A stretch of DNA of 63,081 nt, filler included, from Octopus bimaculoides (Eukaryota): NCBI RefSeq assembly GCF_001194135.2. It is 4 parts of 4 records of this genome, joined end to end, with 100 filler letters (N's around TTAATTAATTAA, not from the genome) between each part and the next. Parts side by side here need not be neighbours in the genome. Positions count along the whole stretch, not along the records: positions 23,223 to 43,074 come from NC_068984.1; 3 more parts are not named here. One strand, written 5' to 3'. Shown here one piece after another: positions 26,163 through 35,994 of this stretch. The notes beneath the pieces were generated by a model. It was not told the origin of the DNA. It was given only the letters and a program-made list of their open reading frames with translations, and searched no databases. Every line of letters begins with the position of its first letter. The stretch's first letter is position 1. A program made the position numbers and the translations under genes.

Positions 26163-26550
26163 GGTGACCTGGCAGAATTGTTACAGTAGTAAGCAAAATG
26201 CTTATTGTGGCATTGCATTTGTCTTTATGTTCTGCGTTCAAATTCTGCTGTGGTCGACTTTGCCTTTCATCCATTCAGGGTAAAAAAAATGAGCACCAGT
26301 TGAGCATTGCTGGCCTTGTGCCAACATTTGAAACCAGTATTTTACCTTATATGAGAAACTTGTTTTATTTGATTTAATTTCAAGGTGGCGAGCTGGCAGA
26401 ATCGTTAGCATACTGGGCGGAATGCTTAGCTGTATTTTGTCTGCCATTACGTTCTGAGTTCAAATTCCGCCGAGGTCGACTTTGCCTTTCATCCTTTCAG
26501 GGTCAGTTAAATAAGTACCAGTTACATACTGGTGTCGATGCCAAATTTCC
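26163..26550 (+). mobile_element. Two tandem SINE family A copies (about 26163-26340 and 26383-26550)
   Basis: ggcgagctggcagaatcgttagc...ttctgagttcaaattccgccgaggtcgactttgcctttcatcc. Confidence 0.8.
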
Positions 26551-26676
26551 TGTAATTACCCATTGTAGCAAACCCATTCTTCCAAAGTCACCCATCAAAT
26601 GGTGAACAGCCCTCCAGTTTTTACTAATTTGCATGGAATGAACATTTCTTTTCCCCTTTCTCTCTCTCTGTTTCAG

Positions 26677-26819
26677 TAAATGGTGCTGGGTTGGCAATGG
26701 CAACCATGGATATAATTAAGCTGTATGGTGGAGAACCAGCAAATTTTCTGGATTGTGGTGGCACTGTTACAGAGAAGCAAGTCTTTGAAGCATTTAAGCT
26801 GTTAACTGAAGACTCACAA
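26677..26819 (+). CDS. SUCLG2: Succinyl-CoA ligase beta subunit (GDP-forming type), antepenultimate coding exon
   Basis: tttcag|TA AAT GGT...TCA CAA|gtaagt. Encodes (V)[47 protein letters not shown], the SCS-beta [13 protein letters not shown] signature. Confidence 0.92.
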
Positions 26820-26842
26820 GTAAGTATTTCAATAGTTTTGAA

Positions 26843-26962
26843 ACTTATGGCCATATCACGCTGAGAGCACCGGTTCTCATACGATCACCAAAGTTAAGGA
26901 ATGTCGAGTCGAGTGAGTACATAGATGGGTGACTGCTTGGGAACCCTAGGTGCTGTAAGCGT
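26843..26962 (+). pseudogene. Full-length 5S rRNA pseudogene (or 5S-derived retroposon head) in the SUCLG2 intron
   Basis: acttatggccatatcacgctgagagcaccggttctcatacgatcacc aaagttaag...gagtacatagatgggtgactgcttgggaaccctaggtgctgtaagc is colinear with animal 5S rRNA. Terminal helix CTTATGGC/GCTGTAAG. Many substitutions. Confidence 0.85.
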
Positions 26963-26974
26963 CACACACTTTTA

Positions 26975-27150
26975 CTCCTGTGCTGGTGGCATGTAAAAAA
27001 ACACCATTTGAGCATGGCCATTGCCAGTACCCCCGGACTGGCCCTCGTGCTGGTGGCACGTAAAAAGCACCCATTACACTCTCGGAGTGGTTAGTGTTAG
27101 GAAGGGCATCCAGCTGTAGAAACTCTGCCATGGAAACAATGATGATGATG
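26975..27150 (+). mobile_element. RTE 3'-UTR-type repeat (family C)
   Basis: gtgctggtggcacgtaaaaagcacccattacactctcggagtggtt...aggaagggcatccagctgtagaaactctgcc. Confidence 0.8.
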
Positions 27151-27174
27151 ATGGTAGGCACAGGCACGATTGCT

Positions 27175-27605
27175 TTCAAACTGCAGGCTTTAGGGTTCAG
27201 TCCCACTGTGTGACACTTTGGGCAAATGTCTTCTTGAGAACTGGGCCAGCTTTGTTAGTGAATTTGGTGAATAGAAATTGAAACAAGTCCATTGTGTCAT
27301 CATCATTGTTGTTTAATGTCCGCTTTCCATGCTGGCATGGGTTGGACGCTTTCACTGGCAAGCCAGGAGGCTGCACCAGGCTCCAATCCGATCTGACAAG
27401 GTTTCTACAGCTGGATGCCCATCCTAACGCCAACCACTTTGTGAGTGTAGTGGGTGGTTTTTACGTGCCACCAGCACAGGAGCCAGGCAAGCGGCACTGC
27501 ATCAGTCACACTAAGATGATGCTTTTTACATGCCACTGGCACAGGTGCCAGTCAGGCAGCACTAGCATCGGCCATGCTCGAATGGTGCTTTTTATGTGCC
27601 ACCAG
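27175..27605. mobile_element. SINE B 5' half (+, about 27175-27300) abutting a family C repeat (-, about 27300-27605)
   Basis: gggttcagtcccactgtgtgacactttgggcaaatgtctt, then tttaatgtccgctttccatgctggcatgggttggacg...ctacagctggatgcc. Confidence 0.75.
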
Positions 27606-27653
27606 TGTGTGTATGTGTGTGTTTGCGTTCGTATGTGTGTGTGTGTGTTCGCA

Positions 27654-27688
<35 letters not shown>

Positions 27689-28689
27689 GTCTCTGTGTAT
27701 GTGTGTGTTCGCGTTCGCATTTGTGTGTGTGTGTGTGTGTGTGATAGTCAGGTTAGTCTCTTGCTACTCTCAGTCTCACCTGTCGGTACATAGGATCTTA
27801 GGTCAGTTGTGACTGGGAAATTGGGGTTTGCACATTTATGCATAGTTTTTTAGTTGTAGGTTGTGATGAGGGGGCACAGAATATAAGTGGTGAAAAAGGA
27901 GGAAAGCAAGAGGGGAAAAAAATGAAAAGGAAATAGAATAATAGAAAGAAAGTGAAAAAGACAAAGAGTAAATAGGTAGAAGAGGAGGAAAAAGAAGAGG
28001 AAAAATTAGTAAAGGAAAGAAAAGAAGAAAAGGAAAAAATAGGGAAAAAAATGAGAAAGGAAATGAAGAGGGAGCAGGTGTTTGAATAAAATAATTTGGA
28101 ATGGCAGATAATGAACAATTAAAAGTAATGAATGGAAATTATAAATAACATGACAGTTATAATGGGAGGTGGTGGGGGCTTAATTAGAGGAATGGGGAAA
28201 ATAGCAAAGTGGTAAAGAAAATGTAGAATAATAGAAAAATTTATGGGGATGGATGAAGATTGAGAGGTGTATGAATAAAGTATTGAAAATTACTGGAAAA
28301 ACAAGAAAAATGAAATCATAAGAATCAGGTTACTGTGTTGGAGGAATGGTCAATAATTCAAGTGAAATAAAGCAAAATTGAATAAATGAAATAAGATAAG
28401 AAAGAAGGGGTAAGGGTTAGTGACAGGAAAGGTATCCAGTTGTAAAAGAAATATCCTCCTGATAGTATATTTGTGTAACCCACAGAAAGTGGGTCCTGCA
28501 AATATTATTCTACAAGATATAGAATTAGGTGGGATTTTCTGTTCACAATAATGAAAACTAGAATGAAATGAAAGTTCATACAAAAAAAAAAAACTAATCA
28601 TGAATGGAAATGGATGAAAGAATATTCAGAACAAGAAATATAATTAGGAAATTCTTCCAGTACGAATTCATGATAATTGCTAAATTGTT

Positions 28690-29372
28690 TAGACCCTTTT
28701 GAAACCAACCTGTCTGATACCAATCCTGGTTCTATGATACAAACTTCCTGTTTTAACCCTTTCGTTACCATATTTCTGTTGAGATGCTCTGGGTTTCTTT
28801 CAATTAATTTTAAATATTACAAAGAATTTAGTAAAATAACTTAGTTATCATTAAGCTAGTGTTAGGAACATAAATTGTGGCTAAGATTTGGTGGAAGATT
28901 TTAATTCAGAACTTATGAAAACAAGACATTTTTACAGAGCCAGAGGCAGTTTCAGTCGGGTTGGTATCGAAAGGGTTAAATTAATCATTTGTTAACCCTT
29001 TTGTTACCATATTTCTGTTGAGATGCTCTGTTTCTTTCAATTAATTTTAAATATAACAAAGAATTTAGTAAAATAACTTAATTATCATTAAGCTGGTGTT
29101 AGGAACATAAATTGTGACTAAGGTTTGGTGGAAGATTTTAATTCAGAAATTATGAAAACAAGACATTTGTACTACAGAGCCAGAGGTGGTTTCAGTTGAG
29201 CTGGTATTGAAAGGGTTAAAATTGATCTTAATTAAAACCTTTCCATCAAAATTTAGTGTTAATTAATCAGCTTAATAATGACGAAGTTATTTTACTAAAG
29301 TCTTCAATATTTTCAAAATGAATAGAAATAGAGGCAGGTATTTCAACAGAAATATGGTAACAAGAAGATTAA
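28690..29372 (+). mobile_element. Older piggyBac-type MITE split by the MITE dimer
   Basis: 5' part ccctttgaaaccaacctg...ttcctgtt (28690-28752) resumes after the dimer's TTAA and ends tcaacagaaatatggtaacaagaagattaa. Confidence 0.6.
28757..29215 (-). mobile_element. Second piggyBac-MITE dimer, inverted relative to 24845-25304
   Basis: Units 28757-28975 and 28996-29215, each bounded by TTAA. Spacer attaatcatttg (reverse complement caaatgattaat). Confidence 0.88.
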
Positions 29373-29916
29373 AGTGATCTGAAGTCTTATCAAAGACTCA
29401 TTAATTTATAGTCTAAACACCATCTTAGTATTTGAGAAATTAATTTTCCTAAAATCTTCATTATTTTCAAAATTAATGTCTGAAGTTGAATGTTCATATT
29501 AAAAGGTGCAGGAGTGATTGGCAAAGATTACTGTTGCAGGGAAACAGATTTCTGCCAATATTCAATTTTCCATTTCTTCTATAATGTTGTTGCCAAGAAA
29601 ATCTGTTCAGAGCACTTCTCTTCTGATTGGTCTATTAATTACACTATTTTCAACCAATGAAATTTTCTGTATAACTATATTATCCTGGCTTAAAGGCCAA
29701 ATTTCATGCATGACATTTACCAAAATGATGACAGTCATGCATGGAATTCTCTGTTTTAATGATATTCATTTATTTACCAAAGAACTAATCAGTCCATTCC
29801 ATGAATTTGACATCCTTTGTTTGAAGTTTATTCTTAGACCTGTTTATCCACCGTATCACATGACTTTCAAATGTGTTCCAGGTGTGTTACATTTATGTTT
29901 ATTTCCTTTTAACCAG

Positions 29917-30037
29917 GTGAAAGCAATTCTTGTGAACATCTTTGGTGGTATTGTAAACTGTGCTACCATTGCCAATGGTATAACTAATGCTTGTAAGAGT
30001 ATGAAATTTGACCTTCCTCTTGTTGTACGACTTGAAG
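29917..30037 (+). CDS. SUCLG2: Succinyl-CoA ligase beta subunit, penultimate coding exon
   Basis: aaccag|GTG AAA...CTT GAA G|gtaag. Encodes [40 protein letters not shown](G). Phase 0 start matches the previous exon. IVNCA-x-IANGIT is the GDP-type pattern (the ADP-type has IMRCDVIAQG). Confidence 0.93.
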
Positions 30038-30072
30038 GTAAGCCTTACCTTTGGTATAACACCATTCTAATT

Positions 30073-30448
30073 CAGTGGTTCTCAACCATTTTTGTTTTTT
30101 TATCTATGGCTCATTTTGATTACTATTTCATTCCCCAATAACCATTCAATGTTTAAAAACTAATTTTATAGATACTGCTTTCAAGATTCCTATTTTGTTT
30201 GCCACGCTTGCCACTCTTGCATAGGTTTTTAATAAAACTCACTGAGAGAAGATGTTTCTTTGGCCAGAAACATACTGAATTATGTTAAGAGAAAGAAACC
30301 TAGCTGTTTCTAGCTATAAATAAATTTAAAGCAACATTTTTTCATGAACCTTTAAGTACTACTGAGGGCCCCAATTTACTATTTTGCTTGCATGGAACCC
30401 CAAAAATCTTATGTGGATTTCCAGGGGTCACATGGTTGAGAACCACTG
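30073..30448. mobile_element. hAT (Charlie-like) MITE with 8-bp TSD
   Basis: TIRs CAGTGGTTCTCAACCA / TGGTTGAGAACCACTG. TTCTAATT duplicated at 30065-30072 and 30449-30456. Confidence 0.92.
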
Positions 30449-30469
30449 TTCTAATTGCCAATTTTATTA

Positions 30470-31025
30470 TGAAGGTGAGTCAGAAAGTAATGCCATTTTG
30501 TTTAGGACAGGTATAATTACCAACACAGGAACATGTATCATTCATCGAAATGAAGCTGGTCCTCTGTGGATCACATCCCTACTTCTCAACATAGTCACCG
30601 TTTCTCTCAATAGCAATGTTCCACCTTCGAATGAGAGCATGTGTCCCTGCTCCATAAAATTCTGTTGACTGTTCTTTGAGCCACTTCTTCACTACAGTTT
30701 TCACTTCTTCGTCACTGGACTACATTCCCTCTGGCTTTTGCCCCATGAAAGAGAGTTTGAGAGGCAAACATTATTCCAGTGACGAAGAAGTGACAACTGT
30801 AGTGAAGAAGTGGCTCAAAGAACAGTCAACAGAATTTTACGGGGCAGGGATACATGCTCTCATTCGAAGGTGGAACATTGCTATTGAGAGAAACAGTGAC
30901 TATGATGAGAAGTAGGGATGTGATCCACAGAGGACCAGCTTCATTTTGATGTATGATACATGTTCCTGTGTTGGTAATTATACCTGTCCTAAACAAAATG
31001 GCATTACTTTTGTGACTCACCCTCG
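30470..31025. mobile_element. Mariner-derived foldback element (two inverted 3' ends) with TA TSD
   Basis: 30470-30719 is the reverse complement of 30775-31025 with about 12 differences; 55-bp spacer. The right arm encodes the mariner C-terminus MKESLRGKHYSSDEEVTTVVKKWLKEQSTEFYGAGIHALIRRWNIAIERNSDYDEK*. Confidence 0.92.
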
Positions 31026-31278
31026 TACAATTGTTTTCTAATCATTGTATTATGCTTCTTTCCTACAATGAATTGTGGGAGTTAGTCTGCACAATAGTTC
31101 TTTTGTTTGTTTTCTTTTTTTCTTGTCCTTTCACCTTCAACCCTTTAGCATTCCGATTACTCTGTCAAATGTAATGCTTATTCACATTGTTTTGAATCGA
31201 TCATGCATTATCTTGTAGCTTTGAGATATCTATGATTCATTATATTATTAAGGTTGACTGAGTAATCTGAATGTTGAA

Positions 31279-31971
31279 GAGGGCGATTCAAAAGTCGCCA
31301 TACATAGGAACAATTTATCTTTTTTATAAGAACAGTTTTTTTTTATTTAACAGGCCTATATGCAATAATAAATCTCTGAGCAAGGTATAAACAGTAGCTG
31401 CATGTATATTTGTCACTTAAATGTGGCTAACCCTTAAGGGCTGATGCTACTGTAACCCCAAGAAGACATCTCCTTCAGCTGGCTATTGACACACTGTCTG
31501 TGCCCTATCAGTATTTGCAAAGGGAAGTCATCCTTCCCATCTCCAGCCTTTGCAAATACTAATAGGGCACAGAAAGTGTGTCAATAGCCAGCTGGAGGAG
31601 ACGTTTTCTTGGGGCTACAAGCTACAGTAGCATCCACTCTTAAAGGTTAGCCACATTTAAGTGGCAAATATACTTCATGAGGCTCTTGTAAGGTTACCAT
31701 TGTTTTGAATACACATTGCAATACATTTACCCCACTCATTGTGAACTCATAATTGCACATCTGGTGATATTTGTGCAAAGGAGTTGGTGATGCGTTCCTT
31801 CAAATGATTTATGTCTTTTATCTTTCCGCGATACACAATGCCTTTCAAATGCCCCCAAAGATAGAAGTCAAAAGGGGTTATATATATCAGGAACTCTAGA
31901 GAATCTTATAAACTGTTTCTTTAAAAAAAAAAAAAAAATTTCCTATGTAAGGAGGCTTTTGAATCACCCTG
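31279..31971. mobile_element. Non-autonomous Tc1/mariner-type element containing a nested foldback
   Basis: Imperfect TIRs gagggcgattcaaaagtcgccatacataggaa and ttcctatgtaaggaggcttttgaatcaccctg, with TA at the right end. Confidence 0.65.
31404..31673. mobile_element. Palindromic (foldback) MITE
   Basis: Arms 31404-31523 and 31547-31673 are reverse complements (a few mismatches and one 7-bp indel); 23-nt loop; TA-flanked termini. Confidence 0.85.
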
Positions 31972-32199
31972 TATTTTCTCTGTTGCAAACCATCAGTTAT
32001 TTCTTTCACAAGACACCTACCTCTTCTATTAAAAATTCCCCTCATTGTATCTGTTCATGAAGATCTATCTGATGATAGCTTTTAACTTAAATAACTTTTA
32101 TTTTGACCACTCGCTCCCTTTCCCCCTCTTTTTTATTATTGAAATTGAAAAGAAATGCAAAATTTCTGACAGCAGTTTATCAGTAAAAATATTCAGAAG

Positions 32200-32545
32200 A
32201 ATTCCTGGCTTGCAAGCTACTTGGTATAGCCTTACGAGTGCTAGTGGCCTGAAAAGAAGCCCTTAATATGCACTGTAAAGAAGCCCCTAATATGCACTGT
32301 AAAGAAGCCCCTAATATGCTCTGAATAGAAGCCTCTAATATGCACTGTAAAGAAGCCCCTAATATGCACTGAAAAGAAGCCCCTAATATGCACTGTAAAG
32401 TGGTTGGCATTAAGATGGGCATCTGACCATAGAAACCATGCTAAAGCTGAAACTATGACATGACACAGCCCTGCAGTTCATCAGATCCTGTCAAACCACC
32501 TGACCCATGCCAGTATGGAAAACAGACATTTAACGATGGTGATAG
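32200..32545 (+). mobile_element. Family C-like repeat with an internal minisatellite
   Basis: ggttggcattaagatgggcatc...gtcaaaccacctgacccatgccagtatggaaaacagacatttaacgatggtgat. Confidence 0.6.
32249..32400. repeat. 24-bp minisatellite, about 6 copies
   Basis: Unit AAGAAGCCCCTAATATGCACTGTA, contiguous with no spacers. Confidence 0.93.
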
Positions 32546-34689
32546 ATAAATTTTGCTACGACAACCCCCTCCGCTTTCTCCACCTACTCCTTGCGCTGTA
32601 TAAATCTATTTGCTTTGTCGGAAAAACCTCGCTTGACTTTTAAGCTACTCTAACATAATGACAATAAATTTAGTTCAAGCTACTTGAACATAATAACAAT
32701 AAATTCACTTTCAAGCAAAACACCCAAAAAAATCTCAGAACATGACAGTTTGCCTACAATCCGGTTCTGTTATTAATTCTGTGTAATTTGTTCTCTGACA
32801 TGGAAGCTATTTTAAAGCCTCTAACATTCTTGTCAACAGATTTTGGATTGCTAATTGAAGAACATTTGTTAAAATCAGTGAAATGTGTCATATCAGAAGT
32901 GAAGAATGGTTGTAATGTATGGCGCATGCATAAATTGTCAGCCTCATTTTCTCTCTCTCCCTTTCTCTCATTCTTGAACAGTCAAGCTACATTTAGCACT
33001 CAATCCATCATCTTTTACTCTCTATGGTGAACCGATCAATTGCCAATTTGTATCTTGGCTGATAAATCAAATTACCGTTTTTAAACAACCATTTTTCTTG
33101 AGTTACACCATAATATTTTAACATTTAGATTTACTTTTTATTCTATATTTTTTTTTTCTTACCTCTCTTCTTTGTTATTCAAGTATTTAAAGAAAAACAA
33201 AAATGACTTTTACCGAATTTGGTCAATTATCTATTATAACTTTCTTGAACAACATTTCTTTACACTTTTCATTTTTCTGTTAAACCAATTCTTCTGTAAC
33301 TCTTTCTGAAAGCAGAAAATTGGTAGAAAAAAAAAAGAATGTTTGTATTTTTGTTACTAAAGTTTTCCTTTATCTGAAGAGGATAAAATAAAACAGCCAT
33401 GTGTTCTGTGAGTAAGTATTTTCCTGGTGGAAAAGGAGAATGTTAGGATTGATTTTGGTTTGAGTATTGAATATTTCCTGCTAAACAAAGCTATTGATGT
33501 GTTCAAAGCATCAGGAAAAGTCAGAGAAATTGGTTGGTTATTCTATTATTAATATCCCACCATCAGCTGACGACACTTTCTTACATAAAAAAATTATTGA
33601 TTTCTTCTCTTTTTTTTTTATTATTAGATATTAGATCAATATTTGGAAGAAAGAGATGCAGTCAGTTGCATCATCGTTAATGGATGTAGACATAATTCTG
33701 TACTTAATGAGGTTGGTTAGCAATCAAATAGTTCATAGTTTTGTGGTGACCTCAGCCTTATGTGTGAAAAGCCCATTAGATGGACTGTATTTGATGTTTT
33801 GAAACCCTATAAATACCAGGACACTGCCCTTCCTCCTCTAGTTGAGCTACAAAAACTTTTACAGATCTCATTAGATACAAGCATATTACTGGTACTGATT
33901 GTAACAATTGCAGAGATGAAAAGACGGTATTATACTGGGTGGAATTTCTAAGTTCATATCTTTTGTGGGCCAACTTTGAATAACATTTTTCAGGGGCTGG
34001 GGGTCAGTAAAATAAAGTAACCCTTTACTTGGGTCTCATCAGCTGACTCTTCTGTCTTCCATACAATTTCAGGGTTTTCTTCCAAAATCAAAAAGAAATT
34101 AAAACAAAATTTTGTAATTGTGATTATCCTGATTTTAATTATGATGTTTAAGAATTGTGGCTTTGCCAAAATGGTAGCACCAAACTGAATGTGTTGTATT
34201 CAACCTTATCCTAATTTCTGAGTTGATCCCTTTTCTAATCACATACTGGGATGTTTCAAATGAATGTAGCTATCACCAACAAATTTAAGGTCTTGCACCA
34301 ACAGAAAGAAGCCCTTGTCCTGAGTTCAAATTTCATTGGGGTATATATAAGCTAAACACCAGTCAAGTATAGTAATTATTAATTAGGGGTGCACTGAGCA
34401 GCAGTGAATGATTATACAGGTGTGTACAATCATGTGACTATATGCACCTGTATTTCAGTCAACACTGCATAGTATGCCTCCAGTTAATTAATTCCAGCTT
34501 GATGCATGTCAACAAATGTTCCATTTGTTGTTCTGATATAAAGCACAACTTGTTTTTAGTGGTTAAGAAATGTGAGTTTACCTCTTCATCTGACAACACA
34601 CATGACGCAGAAATGCATGTGTCCTGTGGTGCAGAGCCACCATGCATACCACAATGGTATATTTTGCATATGTATATATAATCATCAGG

Positions 34690-34747
34690 TTTTATATAAA
34701 GATATATATATATATATATATATATATANNNNNNNNNNNNNNNNNNN

Positions 34748-34787
<40 letters not shown>

Positions 34788-34810
34788 GATGGTGATGGTG
34801 ATGGTGGTGG

Positions 34811-34860
<50 letters not shown>
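34690..34860. repeat. (TA)n, gap, (GTC)/(GGT)/(GAT)n microsatellites
   Basis: Directly visible; source of the poly-H/D/R ORFs. Confidence 0.95.
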
Positions 34861-35012
34861 TGCTGGCATGGCATGGCATGTGGGTTAGATGATTTGACTG
34901 AAACTGGTAAGCTGTTAAGGCTACACCAGGTTCCAACCTGATTTGGTCTCTATGACTGAATGTTCTTCCTAATGCCAACCACTATATATATATATATATG
35001 TGTGTGTGTGTG

Positions 35013-35230
35013 GAGGTGCGTAGATTAGTGGTTAGGGTGTTTGACTCATGATTGTAGTTTTGATTCCTAAAGTAGATGACGCGTTGTGTTCTTGAGCAAG
35101 ACACTTCATTTCACGTTGCTCCAGTCCACTCAGCTGGCAAAAATGAGTAATCCTGCGACAGACAGGCATCCCGTCCAGGTGGGGGAATTTATACGCTGTG
35201 GAAACTGGGAAACTGACCCTCATGAGTCTA
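35013..35230 (+). mobile_element. tRNA-type SINE, distinct family D
   Basis: ggaggtgcgtagattagtggttagggtg head; CORE-like ttcttgagcaagacacttc; tgctccagtccactcagctggcaaaaatgagta. Confidence 0.6.
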
Positions 35231-35677
35231 ATTGATTTCTGTAGTTATTATTAGTGTATTTTGGTGATTTAAATAAGAGTTTTGACTGTGATTTCCAGCA
35301 AGTAAACATACTTAGTATGTCCTTTGATTAATTTTAATCCTTCAGCTCTTTAATGCATTTTTGGGGCCTGCATTCGCCTATATTATTGATTCTGTTATTA
35401 TCATTTTTAAATTGTTACACTAGATAATAATAGAGTCAATGATATCTTCACAAATTATTTTTTCGTGAATTATTTTTCTCATGAATTATTTACTCCATAT
35501 TGAAATATATATATATATATATTATCACCAAGGAGAGTTTTTTTCTCAAGACTGTTTCTGTTGTGTATGCCTTTCCATGTCCGAACACATGACCATGTTA
35601 AATATAATTGTACGCATCTGTATTACAATTATTATTATCAATTCTCTTCCTTTTTTTTTTCGTCTATTCTCTTTTAG

Positions 35678-35790
35678 GTACCAATGTAGTCGAAGCTAAA
35701 AGAATTTTGAAGGAAAGCAAGTTACCTATTGTTTCGGCTGATAACCTAGATGACGCTGCCCAGAAAGCTGTCCAGTCTTTGTCCTTATAA
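35678..35790 (+). CDS. SUCLG2: Succinyl-CoA ligase beta subunit, terminal coding exon
   Basis: Polypyrimidine tract then ttttag|GT ACC AAT GTA...TCC TTA TAA. Encodes (G)TNVVEAKRILKESKLPIVSADNLDDAAQKAVQSLSL*. Phase 1 matches. The short C-terminus is typical of the GDP-type subunit. Confidence 0.92.
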
Positions 35791-35988
35791 AAAGAATTTA
35801 GTCAGGAAAGGGTTACCTTTAGTTTCTCTTTCGTTGCTGCCTTTGCAGCAATGTTCAAAATCCACGAACATTCCACCTGATTATATATTTTCTCTCACTT
35901 CCTCTCTCTCTCTCCCTCTCTTTCTACAGTAATTTTACTGCTGACCTGTTACATATTGAAACACATGCACACGTCATTATTTCTTTTT

Positions 35989-35994
35989 AATAAA
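35989..35994 (+). promoter_or_regulatory. Candidate proximal poly(A) signal for SUCLG2 (alternatives at 36906, 37099/37109, 38409)
   Basis: First AATAAA about 200 nt after the stop; weak evidence in AT-rich DNA. Confidence 0.3.

Noticed and set aside
27850-28620. Purine-rich tract and ORF 27798-28118
   Set aside because: Low-complexity GA/A-rich sequence with no recognisable motif.
29518-30141. 207-aa ORF as a standalone gene
   Set aside because: Only 29917-30037 is SCS-beta-like and it is bounded by AG/GT; the rest is open intron.
32249-32400. CRISPR-like repeat array
   Set aside because: Units are contiguous with no unique spacers, there are no cas genes, and the context is a eukaryotic intron.
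34020-34042. Minus-strand CTGATGAGACCC...GGGTT as a hammerhead
   Set aside because: No GAAA follows the stem and there is no cleavage triplet geometry.
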